A stretch of 52,355 nt of DNA from Bacteroidota bacterium (GTDB lineage Bacteria; Bacteroidota; Bacteroidia; NS11-12g; UBA9320). Numbering within the stretch: position 1 is the first letter of the stretch; each line of letters starts with the position of its first letter. The position numbers and the translations under genes are program-made. The stretch is from the NCBI GenBank assembly GCA_024645005.1, contig JAHEGS010000001.1:1-52355 (forward strand), in the 5' to 3' direction. Of this stretch, positions 1 to 8,014 are shown piece after piece. Below the pieces are notes generated by a model. The model searched no databases. It was not told the origin of the DNA and saw only the letters and a list, made by a program, of their open reading frames with translations.

Positions 1-1
1 A

Positions 2-220
2 AAGATTGACAAAATCACCGTAGATTTACATCCAGAAGGTGGATCTGGAGATGACATTGAGGCTGAGTATACTGATTATTCAGGTCTTTTAAATGCTGAT
101 TTCCATAAAGATTTAGAGATTCCATCTACTGCTGAACATGGTGATTATCATTTCCATCTGACAGTGACTGATCAAACAGGTAAATCAACTAGCGTTGAAG
201 CAGACGTTCACGTTCACTAA
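2..220 (+). CDS. DUF4625-family protein, C-terminal fragment (truncated by window edge)
   Basis: Frame 2 is open from the window edge: KIDKITVDLHPEGG...FHKDLEIPSTAEHGDYHFHLTVTDQTGKSTSVEADVHVH-stop. The GDYHFxxxxTD motif is shared with the next gene. Not in the ORF track. Confidence 0.8.
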   Translation, partial: KIDKITVDLHPEGGSGDDIEAEYTDYSGLLNADFHKDLEIPSTAEHGDYHFHLTVTDQTGKSTSVEADVHVH

Positions 221-257
221 TTCGTTTAACCAGAAAACAACAATTAGTTGAAATTTT

Positions 258-301
258 AATAATAAGTTCACTGTGGCAATTGCCGTGGTGAACTTATTAT
301 T
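258..301 (+). terminator. Long hairpin between the two DUF4625 genes (terminator or mRNA stabiliser)
   Basis: AATAATAAGTTCAC (258-271) pairs with GTGAACTTATTATT (288-301). The inner TGTGGC/GCCGTG pairs fully only with G-U on the + strand. A T-run follows. Confidence 0.7.
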
Positions 302-319
302 TTTATCATAATATAAACA

Positions 320-814
320 ATGAATACATCAAAAATTATAATATTATTAGTTGTTTTATCAATCTTATTAAATGCCTGTCAAGATGACGAGAAACCTACG
401 ATTGATACTGAAAAACCACTAATTGATTTGACTATTTTAGACGCTTTTCCTACAAGCTGTGATACACTTTATTTTGATGAGCCTTTTATCGTTAAGGCAT
501 TATTGACTGATAATGTTGAGTTGGGTGCATTTAATATTGATATCCATAACAACTTCGATCACCATACACATTCTACAGAGTTTGAGCAATGTACCTTAGG
601 TGCAGTTAAAACGGCTGAGAATCCTTATGTATATATCCAAGATTACACCCTTCCTGTCACCAATGAATTTACCACTGATGTATCGATGACTATTCCGTCA
701 AGTGATGGAACAGATTTATATGATGAGGGAGATTATCATTTTCAAATTAGGTTGACAGATAAAGAAGGTTGGTCTACAATGAAAGGATTGAATGTGAAGC
801 TGCTTCGGAGGTAG
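320..814 (+). CDS. DUF4625-family His-rich lipoprotein
   Basis: Lipobox LNAC; IDIHNNFDHHTH and GDYHFQIRLTDKEG motifs. Confidence 0.85.
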   Translation: MNTSKIIILLVVLSILLNACQDDEKPTIDTEKPLIDLTILDAFPTSCDTLYFDEPFIVKALLTDNVELGAFNIDIHNNFDHHTHSTEFEQCTLGAVKTAENPYVYIQDYTLPVTNEFTTDVSMTIPSSDGTDLYDEGDYHFQIRLTDKEGWSTMKGLNVKLLRR

Positions 815-856
815 GGACTTGTATTAGTCATATTTAACTCTATTTTTTACCCCCCC

Positions 857-898
857 TATAAAAACAAAGCACATTCAACAGTTTGTCAAATGTGCTTT
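857..898 (-). terminator. Intrinsic terminator following the duplicated tRNA 3' end (may also terminate the + strand gene)
   Basis: Minus strand AAAGCACATTTGACA-AAC-TGTTGAATGTGCTTT is a 15-bp stem with two G-U pairs, followed by GTTTTTATA. Confidence 0.75.
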
Positions 899-904
899 TT
901 AAAA

Positions 905-921
905 TGGTGACCTCGTCAGGA
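905..921 (-). repeat. Direct repeat of the tRNA-Arg 3' end (att-like site)
   Basis: GTGACCTCGTCAGGA at 907-921 is identical to 1081-1095; this copy reads ...GAGGTCACCA (full CCA) on the minus strand. Confidence 0.85.
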
Positions 922-1030
922 ATGCTTTGCGATCCTTGGTCGTTCCATTTTGAAAGAGCAAAGCTCAAATCAGGCACTGATTTGTGGCTTTCTTATTTTA
1001 AACTTCTCGATTAAATGAATTCAACTCGAG

Positions 1031-1070
1031 TATAAAACAAGAGAGCCCGACACCAAAAGTGTCGAGCTTT
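1031..1070 (-). terminator. tRNA-Arg intrinsic terminator
   Basis: Minus strand AGCTCGACAC-TTTTG-GTGTCGGGCT followed by CTCTTGTTTTATA. Confidence 0.75.
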
Positions 1071-1081
1071 GCTATTATTTG

Positions 1082-1155
1082 TGACCTCGTCAGGATTCAA
1101 ACCTGAGACCTCTTGAGCCGTAATCAAGTGCTCTATTCAGCTGAGCTACGAGGCC
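1082..1155 (-). tRNA. tRNA-Arg (anticodon ACG)
   Basis: GGCCTCGTAGCTCAGCTGAATAGAGCA-CTTGA-TTACGGC-TCAAG-AGGTCTCAGGTTTGAATCCTGACGAGGTCA forms a cloverleaf; CCA not encoded. Confidence 0.95.
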
Positions 1156-1172
1156 AGTTTATTTTATGGTTG

Positions 1173-1180
1173 CAAATATA
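1173..1180 (-). promoter_or_regulatory. Bacteroidota -7 promoter box for tRNA-Arg
   Basis: TATATTTG on the minus strand, 17 nt upstream of the tRNA. Confidence 0.7.
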
Positions 1181-1234
1181 ATTGGCTGAATCATTTACCA
1201 ACCATAATTTTTTTGTTCCTTAATGACTGCTGAC

Positions 1235-4200
1235 TTATTCTTCTTCAGGAGCATCAACATCCATTTCCAAATTTTCTAGTTGTTCAATGGTTGCTATCTT
1301 AGCCTTGCAAATGGCGAGTAACCCATCCTCTTCATTGAAGTAATTGTCAATGATGCTTTGTAATGTGGCTTTTGCTTGAAAAAGATCGTCTTCTAGCATG
1401 TAGATATTGCTTAGTATAATGAATCCCTTAACGACCCAGTATTCATAGGCAGAAAAATCGTCATTGAGTCGATATACATCTGCTCGTGATAATGCTATTT
1501 TTTTATCCATTAAATGAATGTAAGCCCGATTATATAAAGCTTCGGCAGTCATTTTATTTCTGCTTTCATCAATGACGTAATCAAAGTGAAACTTGGCACT
1601 ACGATAATTACTATCGAGCATTTGTACTCTACCTAATAGCATATTTGCTTCTACTAGATTCTCAATGGGGACATTTTCAATAGGTAATAGTTGTATGGCT
1701 TTGTCCTTTGCTTGTTCGAAATTGGATAAGTATTCATGGCTTCTCATTTGTCCAAGTATGGCATTTAAATAGGTGCTTTTGGAAGCAGCAATCGGTTCTA
1801 ATTTTTGGAAATAAGAAATGGCTTTTAAGTATTCTTTTCGATTGTAGTAGGTATTAGAAAGTTTGATTAGTGACTTTTCAGTAAATTCATTTCTACTTTG
1901 ATCAACTACATATTGGTAGTGAATTAATGCTTGGTCTTCATTGTCAGTGTAATAGTCACACTCTGCTTTGTAGTAATTAGCTTGTAAAATAAAGAAGCCC
2001 TTGTCATCGAATCGTTTGATGTAATTGTTTAATTCTCGAGATGCTCCAGTATAATCTTCAGCATTATATACTCGCATAGCATTTTGATAAATTGCACTAT
2101 CCTGAGCAGTAAGCCTAACTTCAGCACCTGGGATGTCTTTTACATAATCGAAATATGCTTGTGGCTTTCCTTGGTTATTGTAAATAATCTCGATAAAAGA
2201 CAATGCTTCACGACTTGGTGATGTTTTTGGAAATCGTTCAACTACCGTTTTATAATACCTCAATGCAATTTCATCCTTATTCTGATTGTAGTTGATTAAG
2301 CCTAGCTTCAAATAGCTAGTCGGTAGAAAAGGAGAGTAGTCGTGTTGGGAAATAATGAGATTAAAGATTCGATCGGCAGTTTTATAATCTTCAATAGTCA
2401 AATGCTCCATTGCCATTTGATAAAGTGCATCATCTACATATATACTCGATGAAAAATCTTTTTGAATTTTACGAAGTGTACTGATTTTGTCTAGATGTCT
2501 TTCTTTAAGACCATATAGCATACCTTGTTGAAATAGAGCATAATCACTATTGCGATAGTTATTCTTAATGATATAACTATATTCAGTGATGGCCTTGTCA
2601 TACTCACCATTAATAAAATAACAGTCGGCTAATCGTTGCGTATTATCGAGATATAGTTTCTTGTTCTCATTGTTATAGGATTCTTTGTCTTTGAATTTGG
2701 AGAAGAATATTTGAGCCTTTGGGTAATCCTTCATTTTAAAGTAGCTGTAGCCTATACTGTAATACCCGTGATTTTTATAAAGTGTGATTTCATCATAGCT
2801 CATAAAGCGATTCATCAGATTAATGCTGGTATTATAATCGCCTGATTTGGCAGCTATTTCAGCTCTCCAAAAGTAAGCATGACCTTCCTGTGTTTTGTTG
2901 ATGGGGTATTTGAGTGATTTTCTAAAGAATGTCTCAGCCTTATCGTATTCATGGTTGAGATATAGTTCCTCTGCACGATGAAAGGTAAGTTTTTGGTAGG
3001 CTTCTTTTGATCGTGTATTGAGGTTAGGGATATCTTCTAGTAACTCAATAGCTGCCTTGTAATTCTTTGTATTCAGAAAAACGTCTGCAAGTAAGGATTT
3101 CACCTCATCAGCATAAGAAGATTCTGGATACGATTTTATGAATAGGTTGATAGAGTTGATAGCGATGTTGTTTTTATTCAACTCAGCAGCTAGTTTGGCA
3201 TAATTAAAAGCCGAAACCTCACTAATAGTTGAGTTGAATTTTTTCCTACTCGCTTCTGAAAAAGCATTTAAGGCACGTTCTTTATGATTGGTATTTACAT
3301 CAATTAGTCCGATATGGTAATTGGATAATTGGCCAATTTCAGTTTCCTCATTTGCTAACAAAATATAGTAAGGTAGAGCTTCATCAAATCGATTGGCTAA
3401 ATAATAAGCGTCTGCAAATTGGTATAACTCATCTGATTTTAAAACAAGTACATCTCCTTTATATTTTTCAAAATGTCCTAAAGCTATATTCTTATTACCC
3501 AATTGGTATTGAATTTTACCCTTAAGTAATTCAATCTCATTTTGTTTTTTTGAGAGGTTAATGTTCTGGACAATGTCAAATGCTTTTTCATAAGATTGGT
3601 TTTCGTAGTGAATTTGAGCCATGTATAGCTGCATGGTTTTTGGTCCTTTGTCACCAATTTTGGTAAAAGTTGCCAAAGCACAAGTATAATCTTTAAGAAT
3701 ATAGCATTGGTAACCGTAGTAATAATTGGCTTCGATGGCGTAGATACCATCGGAGTTCATAATCTTTTTGAATTGGTTTTTAGCTAGTTCATATTCTTTG
3801 ATTTTGAATAAACTATATCCCTTTTTAAAGGTATATTCCTCTCGTTTTTCTTTTGGAAGATCTATTTCATCAATTTTATCAAAGTAGTCTATACTCCTTT
3901 TGAATCGTTCTTTTTTAAAGTAATATAAACCAAGCTCTAAGTGTACTTCGTCACTTAAATGGTGATCAAGATTTGACCGTATTAAGCTAGCTAAACGCGT
4001 ACTTGCTAGTTGTTTCTGTAATTTTAATCGAGATAATGCAATGTATAAGTCGCATTCGAAATTTAAATTTGGATGACTGTCACCATCCTTGAACGATTCA
4101 AATAATCTGATGCATGGATTAAACTGTTCTTTGATATAAAGCATTTTAGCTTTTTCAAAAGTTTGTAGGTTGTTAGTGTAAACTTCTGTTTTCTGGGCAA

Positions 4201-4264
4201 ATACAGCACTAGTGTACAAAGTAATTAACGAATAAAAAATAACGTGTTTAATCGATTTGTTCAT
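1235..4264 (-). CDS. Large exported tetratricopeptide-repeat protein
   Basis: Signal peptide (..SAVFA-Q); repeated TPR-like helical units across 1009 aa. Confidence 0.88.
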   Translation of the reverse strand: MNKSIKHVIFYSLITLYTSAVFAQKTEVYTNNLQTFEKAKMLYIKEQFNPCIRLFESFKDGDSHPNLNFECDLYIALSRLKLQKQLASTRLASLIRSNLDHHLSDEVHLELGLYYFKKERFKRSIDYFDKIDEIDLPKEKREEYTFKKGYSLFKIKEYELAKNQFKKIMNSDGIYAIEANYYYGYQCYILKDYTCALATFTKIGDKGPKTMQLYMAQIHYENQSYEKAFDIVQNINLSKKQNEIELLKGKIQYQLGNKNIALGHFEKYKGDVLVLKSDELYQFADAYYLANRFDEALPYYILLANEETEIGQLSNYHIGLIDVNTNHKERALNAFSEASRKKFNSTISEVSAFNYAKLAAELNKNNIAINSINLFIKSYPESSYADEVKSLLADVFLNTKNYKAAIELLEDIPNLNTRSKEAYQKLTFHRAEELYLNHEYDKAETFFRKSLKYPINKTQEGHAYFWRAEIAAKSGDYNTSINLMNRFMSYDEITLYKNHGYYSIGYSYFKMKDYPKAQIFFSKFKDKESYNNENKKLYLDNTQRLADCYFINGEYDKAITEYSYIIKNNYRNSDYALFQQGMLYGLKERHLDKISTLRKIQKDFSSSIYVDDALYQMAMEHLTIEDYKTADRIFNLIISQHDYSPFLPTSYLKLGLINYNQNKDEIALRYYKTVVERFPKTSPSREALSFIEIIYNNQGKPQAYFDYVKDIPGAEVRLTAQDSAIYQNAMRVYNAEDYTGASRELNNYIKRFDDKGFFILQANYYKAECDYYTDNEDQALIHYQYVVDQSRNEFTEKSLIKLSNTYYNRKEYLKAISYFQKLEPIAASKSTYLNAILGQMRSHEYLSNFEQAKDKAIQLLPIENVPIENLVEANMLLGRVQMLDSNYRSAKFHFDYVIDESRNKMTAEALYNRAYIHLMDKKIALSRADVYRLNDDFSAYEYWVVKGFIILSNIYMLEDDLFQAKATLQSIIDNYFNEEDGLLAICKAKIATIEQLENLEMDVDAPEEE

Positions 4265-4396
4265 TGATCAATTTTTACACTTCAATATTACGATGTTGTG
4301 GTGCTACATTCCTAAATGATTTGCCCACATGATATACAACATCAAAGAATCAATTATTTTTATTTTCATTTCTATTTAAAATGATAATGGGAATAA

Positions 4397-4404
4397 TATA
4401 TTTG
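4397..4404 (+). promoter_or_regulatory. Bacteroidota -7 promoter box for tRNA-His
   Basis: TATATTTG-CA upstream of the tRNA. Confidence 0.7.
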
Positions 4405-4439
4405 CAGCCGCATAATTGAATTTCAATTAACGCAAAAAT

Positions 4440-4514
4440 GGTGGTTGTAGCTCAGTTGGTTAGAGCATCGGTTTGTGGTACCGAGGGTCGCCGGTTCGAG
4501 CCCGGTCTTCCACC
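4440..4514 (+). tRNA. tRNA-His (anticodon GTG)
   Basis: Anticodon arm TCGGT-TTGTGGT-ACCGA; T arm GCCGG-TTCGAGC-CCGGT; genomic G-1 (4440) opposite C73 (4514). Confidence 0.93.
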
Positions 4515-4520
4515 CAATCT

Positions 4521-4559
4521 AAAAGACTCACTAGACAACAGTGAGTCTTTTTGTTTTAT
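4521..4559 (+). terminator. tRNA-His intrinsic terminator
   Basis: AAAAGACTCACT-AGACAAC-AGTGAGTCTTTT is a perfect 12-bp stem, followed by TGTTTTAT. Confidence 0.85.
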
Positions 4560-4617
4560 GTTAATTTGATCGTATTAATTCAAATCGTATTACATTAATA
4601 AACGTAACTTTGTAACC

Positions 4618-5019
4618 ATGAATAAATTTTTCTACGTTATGTCTATTCTGTTCTTAATAAGCTGTGCAAATAGCAAGACAGAAAAGACCCAAGGAGTGTC
4701 ATTTTTAAACATTCAAGATGGCGATACAATTCAATCTCCATTTCTTCTTCAGATGGGAGTAGAGGGGATGGTTTTAGAGCCCAAAGGTGCACCAAATCCA
4801 GGTCATGGTCATCATCATCTGATTGTGAATGATGGACCTATCGATGCTGGTCTGGTCATTATTGCTGACGAACAACATATTCATTATGGAGGGGGGCAAA
4901 GTGAGGATTCCGTTTCCTTAAGTCCAGGTACTTATGATTTAACACTCCAATTTGCAGATGGTATGCATGTTTCTTACGGAGAAGAATGGGCTGAGACTAT
5001 TCAAGTAACCATTAAATGA
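4618..5019 (+). CDS. DUF4399-family lipoprotein
   Basis: Lipobox LISC; GHHHLIVN, HIHYGGGQ and PGTYDLTLQFADGMH motifs; TAACTTTG box at 4605-4612. Confidence 0.85.
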   Translation: MNKFFYVMSILFLISCANSKTEKTQGVSFLNIQDGDTIQSPFLLQMGVEGMVLEPKGAPNPGHGHHHLIVNDGPIDAGLVIIADEQHIHYGGGQSEDSVSLSPGTYDLTLQFADGMHVSYGEEWAETIQVTIK

Positions 5020-5133
5020 TTTTCGTTTAACTCAATTTTTTGTCTATAATAACATCAATTCATCGATATAACTTGTTTTAATTTTTTTATACTCGTTGAT
5101 TTGAACCTCAATAAATATAATATTTAACAACTC

Positions 5134-7971
5134 ATGAAAAATATCCTAACATTAACTCTTTTGGCTTTTATGTATTCATTTTCAACTGCTCAATCTTCAT
5201 TTGAGTTAATTGAAAAAGTAACCCCAGAAGAGGGTAAAGTCCTCATACCTTATGAAAAATATAAGCTTCCTGCCAATGATTTAACGCTAATCATACACGA
5301 AGATCATTCAGACCCTATAGTTCATGTTCGAGTGGCTTATCATGTGGGAAGTGCAAGAGAAAGTATTCGAAATAGTGGATTTGCTCACTTTTTTGAGCAC
5401 ATGATGTTCCAAGGTTCTAAAAACGTAGCAGATGAGGAGCATTTCAAAATAATTAGTGAATCGGGAGGTACAAACAACGCTTACACCTCTTTTGATAAAA
5501 CAGTATATCATCAGACTGCTCCAAGTAATATGACAGAAACCTTATTGTGGCTAGAGGCAGATAGAATGGGTACGCATCTAGAAGGATTTACTCAGAAGAA
5601 GTTCGAAAATCAACGAAATGCAGTAAAAAACGAAAAAAGACAACGATACGACAATCAACCCTATGGTATGGTTAATGAACTTCTATTTAAGTCTTTATTT
5701 GCTAATCATCCATACGAATGGACACCAATCGGGTTTGTTGATGATTTAGATTTGGCTTCATTTGAAGATCTTAGAAACTTTTTCCTTCGTTGGTATGGAC
5801 CAAATAATGCATCTTTAATCGTTTCAGGTGACGTTAACCCAGAAGAAGTTAAAGTGTGGGCTGAAAAATACTTCAAAGGGATAGCTAAATGTCCTGAGGT
5901 AAGAGATATGTATCCCAAGAAGCCGTTCTTGTCTACGGATTATTATGTAAAGGATTACGATAACATTTTTGCTCCATTGACACTCATGGCCTTTCCAACA
6001 GTACCAGAATACCATGCAGATGAGGCTGCTCTTGATATTCTTAGTAGAATTATCGGTGGTGGAAATAACTCAATTTTATACAAGAATCTGGAGAAAAAAG
6101 AACTTGCCCTTCAAGTGGGTGCATTTCATCAAACGCTTGAACTTGCAGGCATGTTTGGTATCCAAGTTATCACTAAACCAACTATGGCAGGAGGAATGAG
6201 CGAGGCTGACGTGGAGAAGAATATCCGTGCCTCTATCGAAGAGTTTGAAACAAGAGGTGTTTCTGATGAGGATATTGAGATTACTAAAACTCAAGCTTTG
6301 ATTTCTACATACAGTGCATTAAATAGTATTGATGCAAAATCGGAGGTATTGGCAAGCTATGACATGATGAGAGGGAATGGATACAACTTACAAGACGATA
6401 TTGATAGATATAGTTCAGTGACAAAAGAAGATGTGATTCGAGTTTATCGAAAATATATTAAAAACAAGAAGGCAGTTATTCTTCGTATTGAACGAGATAG
6501 GTCTGAAAAGGACGAGGATGATGAATCATCCAAGAGTATAAATCCACATGCTAATGAACCTAAAAAAGTAGATCCACAATACAATGGATTAACCTATAAT
6601 CCCCCTAAAGATGATTATGATCGAAGTGTTCGACCAACAAAACCCAATGCCAAGGCGTTTACTGTTCCAGACTTTTACACTGAAAAACTAGATAATGGTC
6701 TTACAGTTATTGGTAGTCAGTCCACAGAGTCTCCATTAGTATATTTCTATATTGAAATGGAAGGCGGTCATTTGTTAGAGGGTGATAAGAAGATAAACAC
6801 CGGTACAGCTATGGTAACGGCTTCCATGATGGGAGAGGGAACTCAAAAATTAACTACAGAAGAGTTCTCACGAGAGTTGGAGAAGTTGGGAAGTCGGATT
6901 AGTTTTAATAGCGGTGTGACAAGTAGTTCTGTCTTTGTAAGTTGCTTAAAAGCAAATGTTGACCCAACTTTAGCCCTATTGAAAGAAACTCTATTTGAAC
7001 CACGATTTGATGAGGAAGATTTCAAACGAATTAAAAATCAATTGTTAGAGAATTTGAAGACTCAAAAAAGTAACCCTTCTGTGATGGCAAGAAAAGCATG
7101 GGGTTCTATCCTATTTGAAGGAACAATACTTGAGGATTATTATTACGGAAATTACAAGTCTCTATCTAAGATCGGATTAGATGATGTGAAAAATTTTTAC
7201 AGTCAGTTCTATTCACCTAATGTGAGCACACTTGTCATATCTGGTGACATCAGCCAATCTGAAGCGATGGGTAAACTTGGATTCCTAAAGGAATGGAAAA
7301 ATACCAACGTGAGTATTCCCAGTATCCCAGAATTGGCAATGCCTGAGTCAACTGCCATTTATTTAGTTGATAAGCCTTATGCAGCTCAATCCACTATTTA
7401 TATAGGTCATCCTGGACCTAAGTATGATTACAATGGAGAATATTTCAAGGCTGGTGTTATGAATTTCTCTCTTGGAGGGGCTTTCAATAGTCGTATCAAT
7501 CTCAACTTAAGAGAAGATAAAGGATATACCTATGGTGCTAGTTCTGGATTTTCTGGATCGGATCAATATGGTGTGTTTCGATTTTCATCCGAAATCAAGA
7601 AAGAAGCTACTGATAGTGCGATTCGAGAGGTCATGTATGAGTTTAATAACTTTTTAGACAAAGGAATCACACAGGAGGAGTTAGATTTTACCAAATCATC
7701 GATTACACTGAGTGAAGCCTTGGACTACGAAACGCCATTCCAAAAGTTGAATTTCCTAAGTAGAATAGCTGAATATAATTTACCAAAGGATTATACTACA
7801 CAGCAGTCCAATATGATTAACGCCATGACTGTATCTGATGTCAATGCGATTGCAAAACAGATGCTGAAACCAGATAACATGGTAATTATTGTTGTAGGTC
7901 ATGCTTATAAAATTCGAAAAGGATTGAATAATCTAGGCTATGGAAAAATCAAAGAAATAACAGTAGAATAG
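5134..7971 (+). CDS. M16 (pitrilysin/PqqL-like) zinc metallopeptidase, exported
   Basis: Inverted zincin motif GFAHFFEHMMFQGS; LREDKGYTY motif in the second half; signal peptide. Confidence 0.93.
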   Translation: MKNILTLTLLAFMYSFSTAQSSFELIEKVTPEEGKVLIPYEKYKLPANDLTLIIHEDHSDPIVHVRVAYHVGSARESIRNSGFAHFFEHMMFQGSKNVADEEHFKIISESGGTNNAYTSFDKTVYHQTAPSNMTETLLWLEADRMGTHLEGFTQKKFENQRNAVKNEKRQRYDNQPYGMVNELLFKSLFANHPYEWTPIGFVDDLDLASFEDLRNFFLRWYGPNNASLIVSGDVNPEEVKVWAEKYFKGIAKCPEVRDMYPKKPFLSTDYYVKDYDNIFAPLTLMAFPTVPEYHADEAALDILSRIIGGGNNSILYKNLEKKELALQVGAFHQTLELAGMFGIQVITKPTMAGGMSEADVEKNIRASIEEFETRGVSDEDIEITKTQALISTYSALNSIDAKSEVLASYDMMRGNGYNLQDDIDRYSSVTKEDVIRVYRKYIKNKKAVILRIERDRSEKDEDDESSKSINPHANEPKKVDPQYNGLTYNPPKDDYDRSVRPTKPNAKAFTVPDFYTEKLDNGLTVIGSQSTESPLVYFYIEMEGGHLLEGDKKINTGTAMVTASMMGEGTQKLTTEEFSRELEKLGSRISFNSGVTSSSVFVSCLKANVDPTLALLKETLFEPRFDEEDFKRIKNQLLENLKTQKSNPSVMARKAWGSILFEGTILEDYYYGNYKSLSKIGLDDVKNFYSQFYSPNVSTLVISGDISQSEAMGKLGFLKEWKNTNVSIPSIPELAMPESTAIYLVDKPYAAQSTIYIGHPGPKYDYNGEYFKAGVMNFSLGGAFNSRINLNLREDKGYTYGASSGFSGSDQYGVFRFSSEIKKEATDSAIREVMYEFNNFLDKGITQEELDFTKSSITLSEALDYETPFQKLNFLSRIAEYNLPKDYTTQQSNMINAMTVSDVNAIAKQMLKPDNMVIIVVGHAYKIRKGLNNLGYGKIKEITVE

Positions 7972-8014
7972 CACAAGTCATATTCTCAGTATAATAAAGG
8001 GTAGATCTGATGAT

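Noticed and set aside
850-856. Poly-C tract as a phase-variation site
   Set aside because: Short, and located between convergent 3' ends rather than in a CDS or promoter.
4378-4399. Fur-box-like AATGATAATGGGAATAAT upstream of tRNA-His
   Set aside because: Only half matches, it is not palindromic, and the context is implausible.
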